Source of the DNA: Candidatus Saccharimonas aalborgensis
GTDB lineage: Bacteria > Patescibacteriota > Saccharimonadia > Saccharimonadales > Saccharimonadaceae
NCBI RefSeq assembly: GCF_000392435.1
Contig: NC_021219.1
Span: 600,001-632,000, forward strand
Reading direction: 5' to 3'
DNA length: 32,000 nt
Positions 23,202 to 30,875 of this stretch are shown here, in pieces. A program made the position numbers and the translations under genes. The notes below the pieces were generated by a model. That model was not told the DNA's origin, did no database searches, and saw nothing but the letters and a program-made list of their open reading frames with translations. How positions within the stretch are numbered: the first letter of the stretch is position 1; each line of letters begins with the position of its first letter.

Positions 23202-24773
23202 ATGGCGGAACGACTCAAGTCAGCATCACCCGAAGCACCTAATGGTGGTGGATTTGATCCTACTTTTACTGCTGAGTTGCGGGTGGGGCTAGACAGAGTA
23301 GTCGATGACTCAAGTGCTACGCTTGCTGCTGCAGGTGAAGCGTTAATCCAATCGGGTCGGCTTGGACATGTACCCCCAGATCTTGCGCTACCTAGTCCGC
23401 GCATCGAAGTTGCCACTGCAAGGCAGAGTGTTGCGTCGGCTTTTGAGAACAGTCCCGATACTATGCCAGTGACGCAAGATCCATCTTCACAAGTCGAGAG
23501 ATCGAACAGTTTCGCCTCGCTTCAAGAACAGGCGATACCGGCTGGACAAGCAGGTAGACGCATTTACGCTGAGGGTCCCGACGGTACACCACTTACAGGT
23601 GTTCAATGGGACGCTCTGAATCAAGAGGCTCTTTCTAACCGGGCCGGCCCCAGTGCTGCTGAGCTGCACGAAGCGCACATTGCAGAGCGAGCGCAGGCGT
23701 ATGCGGCAGACCAGGCATTGCTAAAGTCGCTGCCGCCAGAGTTTGTGAGTTCTGGTCTAGAGAAATATGGACGAGAAGGCTTTTTGGCCGTTCTAAAGGG
23801 AAAACAAGAGCCAAGTGCGGTTGCGATGAGCCGAACCGCTGATGGCGAAGCTACCTTTACTCATGCCACTACTGGTGAAGTGCTTAGTGTAGGTGAGGTA
23901 CAGGATCGTATTGATCATGCCGAAGCACGACGCATTGGGCACAGTGCTGCCAGTGTTGCCGAAGCGGCCACCACGCAGCTCCCATTCGCTGAAGAGCTTA
24001 TCGATACTGACAATGGTTTAGTATATGTGGAGAAGGGCCATCTTGGTGACGGCTTGGATATGGTAATAGAGATTAGGCCTGATGGTACGCTTGGTGACGT
24101 CGATGTTGTTGTGACCGAAGAAGCTCCCAATGGATCAAGTGAGACGCACGAAGTTGATGTTGTGACGCCAGAGTCAGATAACCCCGATGTTTTGATTGAT
24201 GGTGAGCCGGCTACGCCAAAGGAGGCTGCGACAGTTGAAGCAGTAATTGACCATGTCGGTGAAGTGGTTCATGAACAGCAGAGCAGAGGTAATATAAGTA
24301 ACCCCCAGGAAGTTCAGCGAGAAACGCTACCACAAGAAATGCAAGAAGTTGCCCAGGAAGTAGCACCAGAGGAAAGCCCAGCAGTTGAGCAACAAACTGC
24401 ACCCGAAGAGGCTGCACCGGTGGCAAATGGGGATGGCGAGGCAGTGCAGCCATCTAGGGCACAAGAACGCGCGCCGTTTAGTCTTGAGGTAGCAAACAAT
24501 AATGCAGTATCGTTTGTGAGCAACTATGCGCGTAACCCTAAAGTCCGTGAGTTGCTTGCTGCTTCAGGCGTGGACCTAGAGGATTTCCTTGCTCGGGGAG
24601 CTAGCGGTGAACTACGGATGACATCCGACAAGCTAGCGCACATGAAATCTTTCTTTGCTCAGAATAGCCCAAGGTCGCAAATTTGGAATGAACGACCCGG
24701 TAACGCTTCAGAACTGCAACGTGCTGCAGCTAGGGCGCGTCAGCAACTACTCTCGATTATCGATGGCATCTAG
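23202..24773 (+). CDS. Large hypothetical, acidic Ala/Glu/Pro-rich protein without signal peptide
   Basis: 523-aa ORF with aaagga SD; starts 46 bp from the IS30 end. Confidence 0.75.
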   Translation: MAERLKSASPEAPNGGGFDPTFTAELRVGLDRVVDDSSATLAAAGEALIQSGRLGHVPPDLALPSPRIEVATARQSVASAFENSPDTMPVTQDPSSQVERSNSFASLQEQAIPAGQAGRRIYAEGPDGTPLTGVQWDALNQEALSNRAGPSAAELHEAHIAERAQAYAADQALLKSLPPEFVSSGLEKYGREGFLAVLKGKQEPSAVAMSRTADGEATFTHATTGEVLSVGEVQDRIDHAEARRIGHSAASVAEAATTQLPFAEELIDTDNGLVYVEKGHLGDGLDMVIEIRPDGTLGDVDVVVTEEAPNGSSETHEVDVVTPESDNPDVLIDGEPATPKEAATVEAVIDHVGEVVHEQQSRGNISNPQEVQRETLPQEMQEVAQEVAPEESPAVEQQTAPEEAAPVANGDGEAVQPSRAQERAPFSLEVANNNAVSFVSNYARNPKVRELLAASGVDLEDFLARGASGELRMTSDKLAHMKSFFAQNSPRSQIWNERPGNASELQRAAARARQQLLSIIDGI

Positions 24774-24898
24774 GGAGTTACACACGGCGGGTGTTAAGTC
24801 GATCTCACAAGAGTGAATGGCCTTGGAGAGCTGGTAGTGTTATGTCGGCGTGAATGTATGAGGAGCGAGGGTATTTAGCAATCAGAAGCCTGGCATTG

Positions 24899-24907
24899 TG
24901 GTACAAT
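24899..24907 (+). promoter_or_regulatory. Extended -10 promoter TGGTACAAT upstream of pnp
   Basis: TGn-TACAAT; no clear -35. Confidence 0.5.
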
Positions 24908-24930
24908 AAACGTAAGTCGCTCGTACTCTG

Positions 24931-24981
24931 GTAAGTGCTGGATAGAAGCCTTTTAAAGAAAAGTTTCTACCCGTTACTTAC
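24931..24981 (+). promoter_or_regulatory. Structured pnp 5' leader hairpin
   Basis: GTAAGT(gct)GGATAGAA(g)..CTTTTaaagAAAAG..TTCTACCC(gtt)ACTTAC; arms complementary over most of 51 nt. Confidence 0.65.
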
Positions 24982-25027
24982 CCCACAAGACAAAGGTGAG
25001 TGATCTAATAAAAGGAGGCTCAGATCT

Positions 25028-27151
25028 ATGAGTATTATCAACCCTAATGGCAAGGATATTATTGCCGTTTCTACCGATTTTTGCGGCAAGAAACTGACGC
25101 TCGAAGTCAACCGCGTCGGCTTTCGCACCACCGCCAGTGTGCTCGTTACCTACGGTGACACTGTGGTGCTCGGTACGGCGATGGTGGGTACTAAGCCTGT
25201 TGTGCTCGACTATTTCCCCCTGAGCATCGACTACGAAGAAAAAATGTATGCAGCCGGCAAAATTAGCGGTAGCCGTTTCATCAAGCGCGAAGGCCGTCCG
25301 AGCGATGAAGCGATCTTGATCGGTCGACTCATTGATCGTCCTATCCGACCACTCTTTCCAAAGGGCTATCGCCAAGAAGTCCAGGTGGTCAGCAGTGTGC
25401 TCAGCATGGACCCGAATTTCCGTCCCGACATGGTAGCAATGATCGCGGCGAGTGCTGCGTTGATGCTGACCGGTACACCATTTGACGGTCCCGTGGCTGG
25501 TCTGCGCGTTGGTCGTGTGGCTGGTGAGTTTAAGGCGTTTCTCACTCCCGAGGAGCGTGCGGCGAGCGACCTTGATCTGGTAGTCGCTGGTATCGAGTCG
25601 GGTATCACTATGGTAGAAGCGGGTGCAAATGAAGTTGCCGAAGACGTCATCATCGATGCGATGCGTTGGGCATTTGAAGCATTTCAACCGGCGATAGCAT
25701 TGCAGCATGAGCTTGCCAAGAAAGTTGCGCCAGTTGCGCAGGAATACGATCTTGTGCTTCCAGACGAAACAATTCAAAAGGAAGTCGATCAATGGGTAGA
25801 AGGGAAGCTCGGTGCTGCGCTCCGCAAAGCATACCCCGAGCGCAATGAGCTAATCAATGAGCTTCGCTGGAGTTTCCATGAGGCGATGACTGAGAAAGTT
25901 GGTGATGACTATAGTGATGCAAAGGATGAGTACGATGAAGCATTTACCATGGCCGTTCACAAAGATGTTCGTGATGGCATTGTAAAGGACGGGGTGCGTC
26001 CAGATGGCCGTAAACTTGACGAGATTCGTCCGCTTAGCAGTGAGGTTGGCCTGTTGCCACGTGCGCACGGCTCAAGCTTATTTACTCGAGGGGTGACGCA
26101 GGGACTCAATATTGTGACTCTGGCGCCTCTGAGCTTTGCGCAAATTGTCGATACAATGGAGGTGACTGACGGTGAGCGACGCTACATGCATCATTACAAT
26201 GCTCCCGGCTATACAGTTGGTGAAGTGCGCCGTCTCGGTAGCCCTGGGCGACGTGAGATTGGACATGGATACCTCGCTGAACGGGCACTTATACCAGTGC
26301 TCCCTACCGAAGAAGAGTTCCCGTATGCGATTCGTAGTGTTACGGAGATCATGAGCCAAAATGGCTCAACGAGTATGGCGGCAACCTGTAGTTCCTGCCT
26401 TGCGCTTATGGACGCAGGCGTACCGATCAAGCGACCAGTGAGTGGTATCGCCATGGGTCTGATGGTAGATGGTGACACCCACTATGTATTATCTGATATT
26501 GCCGACGCCGAAGATTTTGCGGGTGATATGGATTTCAAGGTGACCGGTACTGAGCAAGGCATCACCGCCGTACAAATGGACATGAAGGTTCATGGTTTGC
26601 CTGTTGAGGTGCTTGCTGATGCGATTCGCAAGGCTGGTCCAGGTCGTCAACACATCTTAGAACACATGAAGAGTACTCTCGCTGGGCCACGTCAAGCGCT
26701 CAGCCCGTATGCACCGAGGATCGAGAAGATCAAGATCAATCCCGACAAAATTGGCGCGGTGATTGGTAAAGGTGGTGAAGTTATCAACAAGATTACCTCT
26801 GAGACAGGCGCCATGATCGACATCAAAGATGATGGATTGATCACAGTAGCCAGTAGTGACACGGCGAGTATCGAGAAGGCCCTCGAATGGATTCGAGGCT
26901 TGACCGAAGAGCCTGAAGTAGGCAAGATTTATACCGGTAAAGTTGTCACTATCAAGGACTTCGGTGCATTTGTAAACATCATGCCTGGAACGGACGGCAT
27001 GCTTCATATCTCTCAACTTTCAGATAAGCGAGTCGAGAAGGTAACAGATATTCTCAAGGAAGGGCAGATAGTCAACGTTTTACTCTCTGGTATTGACGAA
27101 AAGGGTCGTCTTAGCCTAACCATGAAGGGTGTAAGCCAAGACCAACTCTAG
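25028..27151 (+). CDS. pnp: Polyribonucleotide nucleotidyltransferase (PNPase)
   Basis: RVGFRTTASVLVTYGDTVVLGTAMVG..., GRLIDRPIRPLFPKGYRQEVQVV, KIGAVIGKGGEVINKITSETGAMIDI (KH), GKVVTIKDFGAFVNIMPGTDGMLHISQLS (S1); AGGAGG SD. Confidence 0.98.
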   Translation: MSIINPNGKDIIAVSTDFCGKKLTLEVNRVGFRTTASVLVTYGDTVVLGTAMVGTKPVVLDYFPLSIDYEEKMYAAGKISGSRFIKREGRPSDEAILIGRLIDRPIRPLFPKGYRQEVQVVSSVLSMDPNFRPDMVAMIAASAALMLTGTPFDGPVAGLRVGRVAGEFKAFLTPEERAASDLDLVVAGIESGITMVEAGANEVAEDVIIDAMRWAFEAFQPAIALQHELAKKVAPVAQEYDLVLPDETIQKEVDQWVEGKLGAALRKAYPERNELINELRWSFHEAMTEKVGDDYSDAKDEYDEAFTMAVHKDVRDGIVKDGVRPDGRKLDEIRPLSSEVGLLPRAHGSSLFTRGVTQGLNIVTLAPLSFAQIVDTMEVTDGERRYMHHYNAPGYTVGEVRRLGSPGRREIGHGYLAERALIPVLPTEEEFPYAIRSVTEIMSQNGSTSMAATCSSCLALMDAGVPIKRPVSGIAMGLMVDGDTHYVLSDIADAEDFAGDMDFKVTGTEQGITAVQMDMKVHGLPVEVLADAIRKAGPGRQHILEHMKSTLAGPRQALSPYAPRIEKIKINPDKIGAVIGKGGEVINKITSETGAMIDIKDDGLITVASSDTASIEKALEWIRGLTEEPEVGKIYTGKVVTIKDFGAFVNIMPGTDGMLHISQLSDKRVEKVTDILKEGQIVNVLLSGIDEKGRLSLTMKGVSQDQL

Positions 27152-27168
27152 CGGAACACGCTAGAGTT
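27144..27168 (+). terminator. Perfect 10-bp hairpin AACTCTAGCG-GAACA-CGCTAGAGTT overlapping the pnp stop
   Basis: Exact inverted repeat; short TTT tail only. Confidence 0.5.
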
Positions 27169-27205
27169 TGGTATGATGAAGAAAACATAAGGAGAACTAC
27201 TTGTA

Positions 27206-27994
27206 ATGGACCCAAATCAGAATCAACCCAATCAACCGGTGCCGACCCCAGTTGAACCAGTCGCGCCTGTCCCCGCGTCAGCCCCTATGCAACAGCCTGC
27301 ACCGATGCCGTTTTCTCCACCGGTAGGAGCTCCTATGGTACCAGCCGCACCACAGAAATCGAAAAAAGGTTTGATCATCGGCCTTGTTTCAGGCTTTGTC
27401 GGGCTACTTCTCATCGCTGGTATAGGTGTGGCAGTTTGGATGATGAACTACTATGTGTCGAAGGATGATTACCAAAAGGCAGCCGATTCTTTCAATAAGA
27501 TTGTTGATCTTGACTCAAGCGTCGGTTCACTCAGTACCACAACATCAAGCTCGCCAGAGACACTTGACTCAAAGTTTAACGAGTTGAGCACACAGGTAAA
27601 AGGCATGGGCGATCTGAGGGCAATCCAAAAGGATGATAAACTCAATAAACTCTACAAGACCTTTAAGGATGAAACTGATAGGGTAGTGGTATTTGGTCAT
27701 GCTGTTGCAGAGTTTATACGAGCAGCCGACGATTGTAAGAATGTCGAAACAAAGGAAGATGTTCCTGCTTGTGTGACTAAACTGCGCGCCGTCAAAGACA
27801 AAGGTTCGCAAACAGTCACAGATTACGCTGAAGCACTTTCCAAGTACCTCGAAGATGCGATGAACGGCAAGCTTAACTCATCGGCCTATTATGACGCGAC
27901 AACCAAATTCACAAACGATAGCAAGTCGCTCAAGAACGGCTATACTGATAGCGGTAACGCACTCAAAGACGCTATCAACGCAAAGTTGAAATAG
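27206..27994 (+). CDS. Membrane protein with Pro-rich cytoplasmic N-terminus and single TM helix
   Basis: PNQNQPNQPVPTPVEPVAPVPASAPMQQPAPMP; TM GLIIGLVSGFVGLLLIAGIGVAVWMM; aaggag SD. Confidence 0.75.
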   Translation: MDPNQNQPNQPVPTPVEPVAPVPASAPMQQPAPMPFSPPVGAPMVPAAPQKSKKGLIIGLVSGFVGLLLIAGIGVAVWMMNYYVSKDDYQKAADSFNKIVDLDSSVGSLSTTTSSSPETLDSKFNELSTQVKGMGDLRAIQKDDKLNKLYKTFKDETDRVVVFGHAVAEFIRAADDCKNVETKEDVPACVTKLRAVKDKGSQTVTDYAEALSKYLEDAMNGKLNSSAYYDATTKFTNDSKSLKNGYTDSGNALKDAINAKLK

Positions 27995-28020
27995 ACTCTT
28001 TGAGACCTTAGTTTCAGACT

Positions 28021-28056
28021 AATCGCTCCTGTACAATAGTAGAGGAGCGATTTTTT
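28021..28056 (+). promoter_or_regulatory. Terminator-like hairpin embedding a -10 (TACAAT) and the SD of the UDG gene
   Basis: AATCGCTCCT (28021-28030) / AGGAGCGATT (28043-28052), T-tract 28051-28056; TACAAT 28032-28037; ATG 28057. Confidence 0.75.
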
Positions 28057-28638
28057 ATGACTAAACAAACCGAGATGGCTGTACTACAAGAGATGATAGT
28101 TGCAAATGAGGTGTGTCCTGAGCTGAGGAGATCGGCGACCCAGTTAGTTATGGGCGCTGGCAGTCTCGATGCCAAAATCGTATTTATTGGAGAGGCACCG
28201 GGCAAAAATGAGGACGAGCAAGGGGTGCCGTTTGTGGGTGTAGCAGGTAAGTTCTTAAATGAAATGCTTACTCTGGCTGGGATGAATCGTGACGAAGTGT
28301 ACATCACAAACATAGTCAAGTATAGGCCACCCAACAATCGTGACCCTCTGCCCAATGAGAAACAAGCCTTCTGGCCTTATCTCATACGCCAGCTTCAAAT
28401 TATTGATCCTCTCCTCGTCGTGACGCTTGGTAGGCATAGTATGGAGTATTTTCTGCCTGGTAAGAGTATCGGTCAGATTCATGGTCAACCCAAACGAATA
28501 CAATTTGGTGACAAGAAAATAGTTATCGTACCTCTTTACCATCCAGCTGCAGCCTTGTACAACGGCGGTATGAGACAGCTTCTCATGGATGATTTTGTCA
28601 GTTTACCGACCATTCTTGACGCTGCCACTCGTCAATAA
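28057..28638 (+). CDS. Family 4-like uracil-DNA glycosylase
   Basis: KIVFIGEAPGKNEDEQGVPFVGVAGKFLNEML, VYITNIVKYRPPNNRDPLPNE, HPAAALYNGGMR. Confidence 0.92.
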   Translation: MTKQTEMAVLQEMIVANEVCPELRRSATQLVMGAGSLDAKIVFIGEAPGKNEDEQGVPFVGVAGKFLNEMLTLAGMNRDEVYITNIVKYRPPNNRDPLPNEKQAFWPYLIRQLQIIDPLLVVTLGRHSMEYFLPGKSIGQIHGQPKRIQFGDKKIVIVPLYHPAAALYNGGMRQLLMDDFVSLPTILDAATRQ

Positions 28639-28658
28639 CGGTGACAAAGAGGCAACTG

Positions 28659-29441
28659 TTAATTCTGTGTGTCTGAAGTGTCTTTTAGAGCGGTTTTGAG
28701 AACGGTACGAGCTGCCTCAACCGTTTGTTTCATGGTCTCATTGTTGGCTTTGATAGCAGCATCACGGGTAGTGGCCAACGCTTTGATTTGAGGACCAAGT
28801 TTTGCATCTTCCTGCTTGGCGGCGCTAAAGGTTTCACGAGCTTGCTTGAGCGATGCCCGGAACGTCTCAGCAGTAGTTTGGGGGTTCGTAGCACAACTGG
28901 CTTTTGCGGTCGCAACAGCTGTTTTTACAGAGTTTGTAAACGTAGCAACTCGAGTGTCTACTGCACTGCGGTGAGCAGCAATAAGAGCATCGACTGCTGT
29001 ACGGTACTGTGTGCGAGCTTTGTCATTTGCCATCTGTCGAGTCTCGATAGCATTTTTAATCGTTTTTACGTAGGTTGCAACCGCAGCCTTTTGTCCGGGA
29101 GTTTTTGCAAGTGACTCTAGCTTTGAGAAGTTTTCATCTCGCTTTGTTTCCCACGTTTTACGATCGGCCATGAGTTTCGCATCTACCGAGCTTCGGTTGG
29201 AAGAGCGTTCTTTGTCTGCTGTATCACGCGTTGACGATAGTTTGCCTGAGCGGCTGGAGATTTCACCAGATGTTTTGGTTGTGATGTCGCTCAGTGAGCG
29301 GCAAAAACTGCTCTGCCCGCCTGTCGTTGTCGGTTGTTGGTTGTCTGGTTGTGCTTCTATAGCGAAAGACAGCGTAGGAACAAGTGCTATCGCGAAGCTG
29401 AGACCGACAAGAGAAGTGGTATGTTTAAAACTTTGTTTCAT
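28659..29441 (-). CDS. Secreted coiled-coil-rich protein
   Basis: caggagc SD, MKQSFKHTTSLVGLSFAIALVPTLSFA signal peptide, Lys/Ala/Thr-rich helical remainder. The 334-aa track version has an implausible N-terminal extension. Confidence 0.7.
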   Translation of the reverse strand: MKQSFKHTTSLVGLSFAIALVPTLSFAIEAQPDNQQPTTTGGQSSFCRSLSDITTKTSGEISSRSGKLSSTRDTADKERSSNRSSVDAKLMADRKTWETKRDENFSKLESLAKTPGQKAAVATYVKTIKNAIETRQMANDKARTQYRTAVDALIAAHRSAVDTRVATFTNSVKTAVATAKASCATNPQTTAETFRASLKQARETFSAAKQEDAKLGPQIKALATTRDAAIKANNETMKQTVEAARTVLKTALKDTSDTQN

Positions 29442-29889
29442 CGTAGGCTCCTGAAATATTGTCGACTTCCTTACTGATTGTTTCAACTTCCTTGGTATCT
29501 TGGGCCGTCTGTTCTGACGCATCGGTGATATCGCGATTAGACTCATCGATAAGCTGTGAGTTAATTGCATCTTCTGGAGCGAGTGTGGTGGAAGTAGGCG
29601 CCTGGGTGGTTTTTTGTTGTGTGGCCACTGGCTTTTGGGTGTTCGACATGTACAGGTAGGCAACCACCAGCGCAGCTATAACGACGACAGCGAGGGTGAT
29701 TAGTACAACTAAGCGCTTCTTTGATGAGGAACGCACGACAGGTAACGTTTGAGGAGATGAGGGTGATGTAGCCTCCAGTTCCTCGCCCAGAGGTGATTCG
29801 GGCGCTGTTATTGGTGATCGTTCTGACGGCAAGCTCGGTGGTGGGGTCTGCTCAGCCTCGGTTGGGGGGTTGGGAGCATTTGTATCCAT
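29425..29889 (-). CDS. Small membrane protein, Pro-rich N-terminus, one TM helix
   Basis: SSSKKRLVVLITLAVVVIAALVVAYLYMSNTQ; overlaps the next gene by 17 bp. Confidence 0.7.
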   Translation of the reverse strand: MDTNAPNPPTEAEQTPPPSLPSERSPITAPESPLGEELEATSPSSPQTLPVVRSSSKKRLVVLITLAVVVIAALVVAYLYMSNTQKPVATQQKTTQAPTSTTLAPEDAINSQLIDESNRDITDASEQTAQDTKEVETISKEVDNISGAYDETKF

Positions 29890-29982
29890 GTGGTCAGTAT
29901 AGCAAAATCTGCTTAAATCTGCTTAAGACTATCAATATACTTATGGTTTGGAACGAAAACGTCGCTTGCTACAATGGCCAGT

Positions 29983-30738
29983 ATGTCTAGTTACGAGGCG
30001 AAAAAGCCAATCATTGATACTATCCTGGCGAATCATCGTACCGAAAACCTTGATAGGATCGTCGACGCACTTTCTGATTCTGACGGATCGATACTGGCGC
30101 TTGAAGCTGCTGGCGAAACGAAGGCAGAACGCGCTTGCATTGAGCGAGCACTCAATGCTTTTGTGGCGGGTAACCCCTGTCAAGAGGACATGGAGTTTCT
30201 GATAGAGATAGGCGACGGCCTATTCGATCGAGTTGCGACGCGTTTTGAGGGTACAGGAAAAAAGCTTTACCTTGTTGATGCCTCCTGCGAGGACAGGGTG
30301 TTTCGCTATATTCATCGCTCCGATCAACAGTTTGATTCGCTTGAAACCCTAATAAATAGGGACGCGGATATTGATCTCCTGAGGCATGTGATGCGATGCC
30401 TGGTGGTAGTGGATGCGAGAGCAGTTGCACTGAGAGACCGCCTAGTGGCGCGCCAGGTGCGACAAATTATGCAGATATATCCTGGTGAAAAGATAACGCT
30501 CTTTCAGGGTGCACTTCATAGCCGAGTGAGCCATGAACTTGCGCGGACCGCCAGTGTCTCACGGCTATTTGTACCGTCATTAGCGGAGGAGACAACGTAT
30601 CATCCTCAAGTAAAGATGAGCTATGAAGGTTACGACCATGCATTGCGACAGCAACTTTTTCTCGGTAGTATAGCTGATGATGTGATTGACGAGTCATTAC
30701 TTCAATTTATGCTCCTCTACGAACAGATACGGCCGTAA
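29983..30738 (+). CDS. Hypothetical cytoplasmic protein
   Basis: 252-codon ORF (incl. stop); TACAAT at 29970-29975 favours ATG 29983 over 29974. Confidence 0.65.
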   Translation: MSSYEAKKPIIDTILANHRTENLDRIVDALSDSDGSILALEAAGETKAERACIERALNAFVAGNPCQEDMEFLIEIGDGLFDRVATRFEGTGKKLYLVDASCEDRVFRYIHRSDQQFDSLETLINRDADIDLLRHVMRCLVVVDARAVALRDRLVARQVRQIMQIYPGEKITLFQGALHSRVSHELARTASVSRLFVPSLAEETTYHPQVKMSYEGYDHALRQQLFLGSIADDVIDESLLQFMLLYEQIRP

Positions 30739-30741
30739 TGG

Positions 30742-30770
30742 TTGCATTTCGTAAAAAATTGTGCTATACT
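30742..30770 (+). promoter_or_regulatory. RNase J promoter TTGCAT-17 nt-TATACT
   Basis: Consensus-like boxes with ideal spacing. Confidence 0.7.
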
Positions 30771-30875
30771 GCAGGATAATTGTCAGAGGGGTAGCTCGTC
30801 TTATCGTCGATACCAACCTCTCACACCTCATTTTGAAATTATTTTATACACAATAACAAGGAGAACAAATAATTT

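Noticed and set aside
24774-24930. tRNA or other structured RNA between the 523-aa gene and pnp
   Set aside because: No cloverleaf or GTTCRA-type T-arm found; only the pnp leader hairpin is convincing.
24974-25792. 272-aa minus-strand ORF opposite pnp
   Set aside because: Fully antisense to the well-supported pnp; composition looks like mirrored coding sequence.
28725-29114. 129-aa plus-strand ORF opposite the secreted coiled-coil protein
   Set aside because: Shadow ORF with Ser/Cys-rich translation of the opposite strand, no SD.
29442-29663. N-terminal 74-aa extension of the 28659 minus-strand ORF
   Set aside because: Overlaps the 29425 gene antisense-free in another frame; MKQSFKHTTSLVGL has an SD and starts a proper signal peptide.
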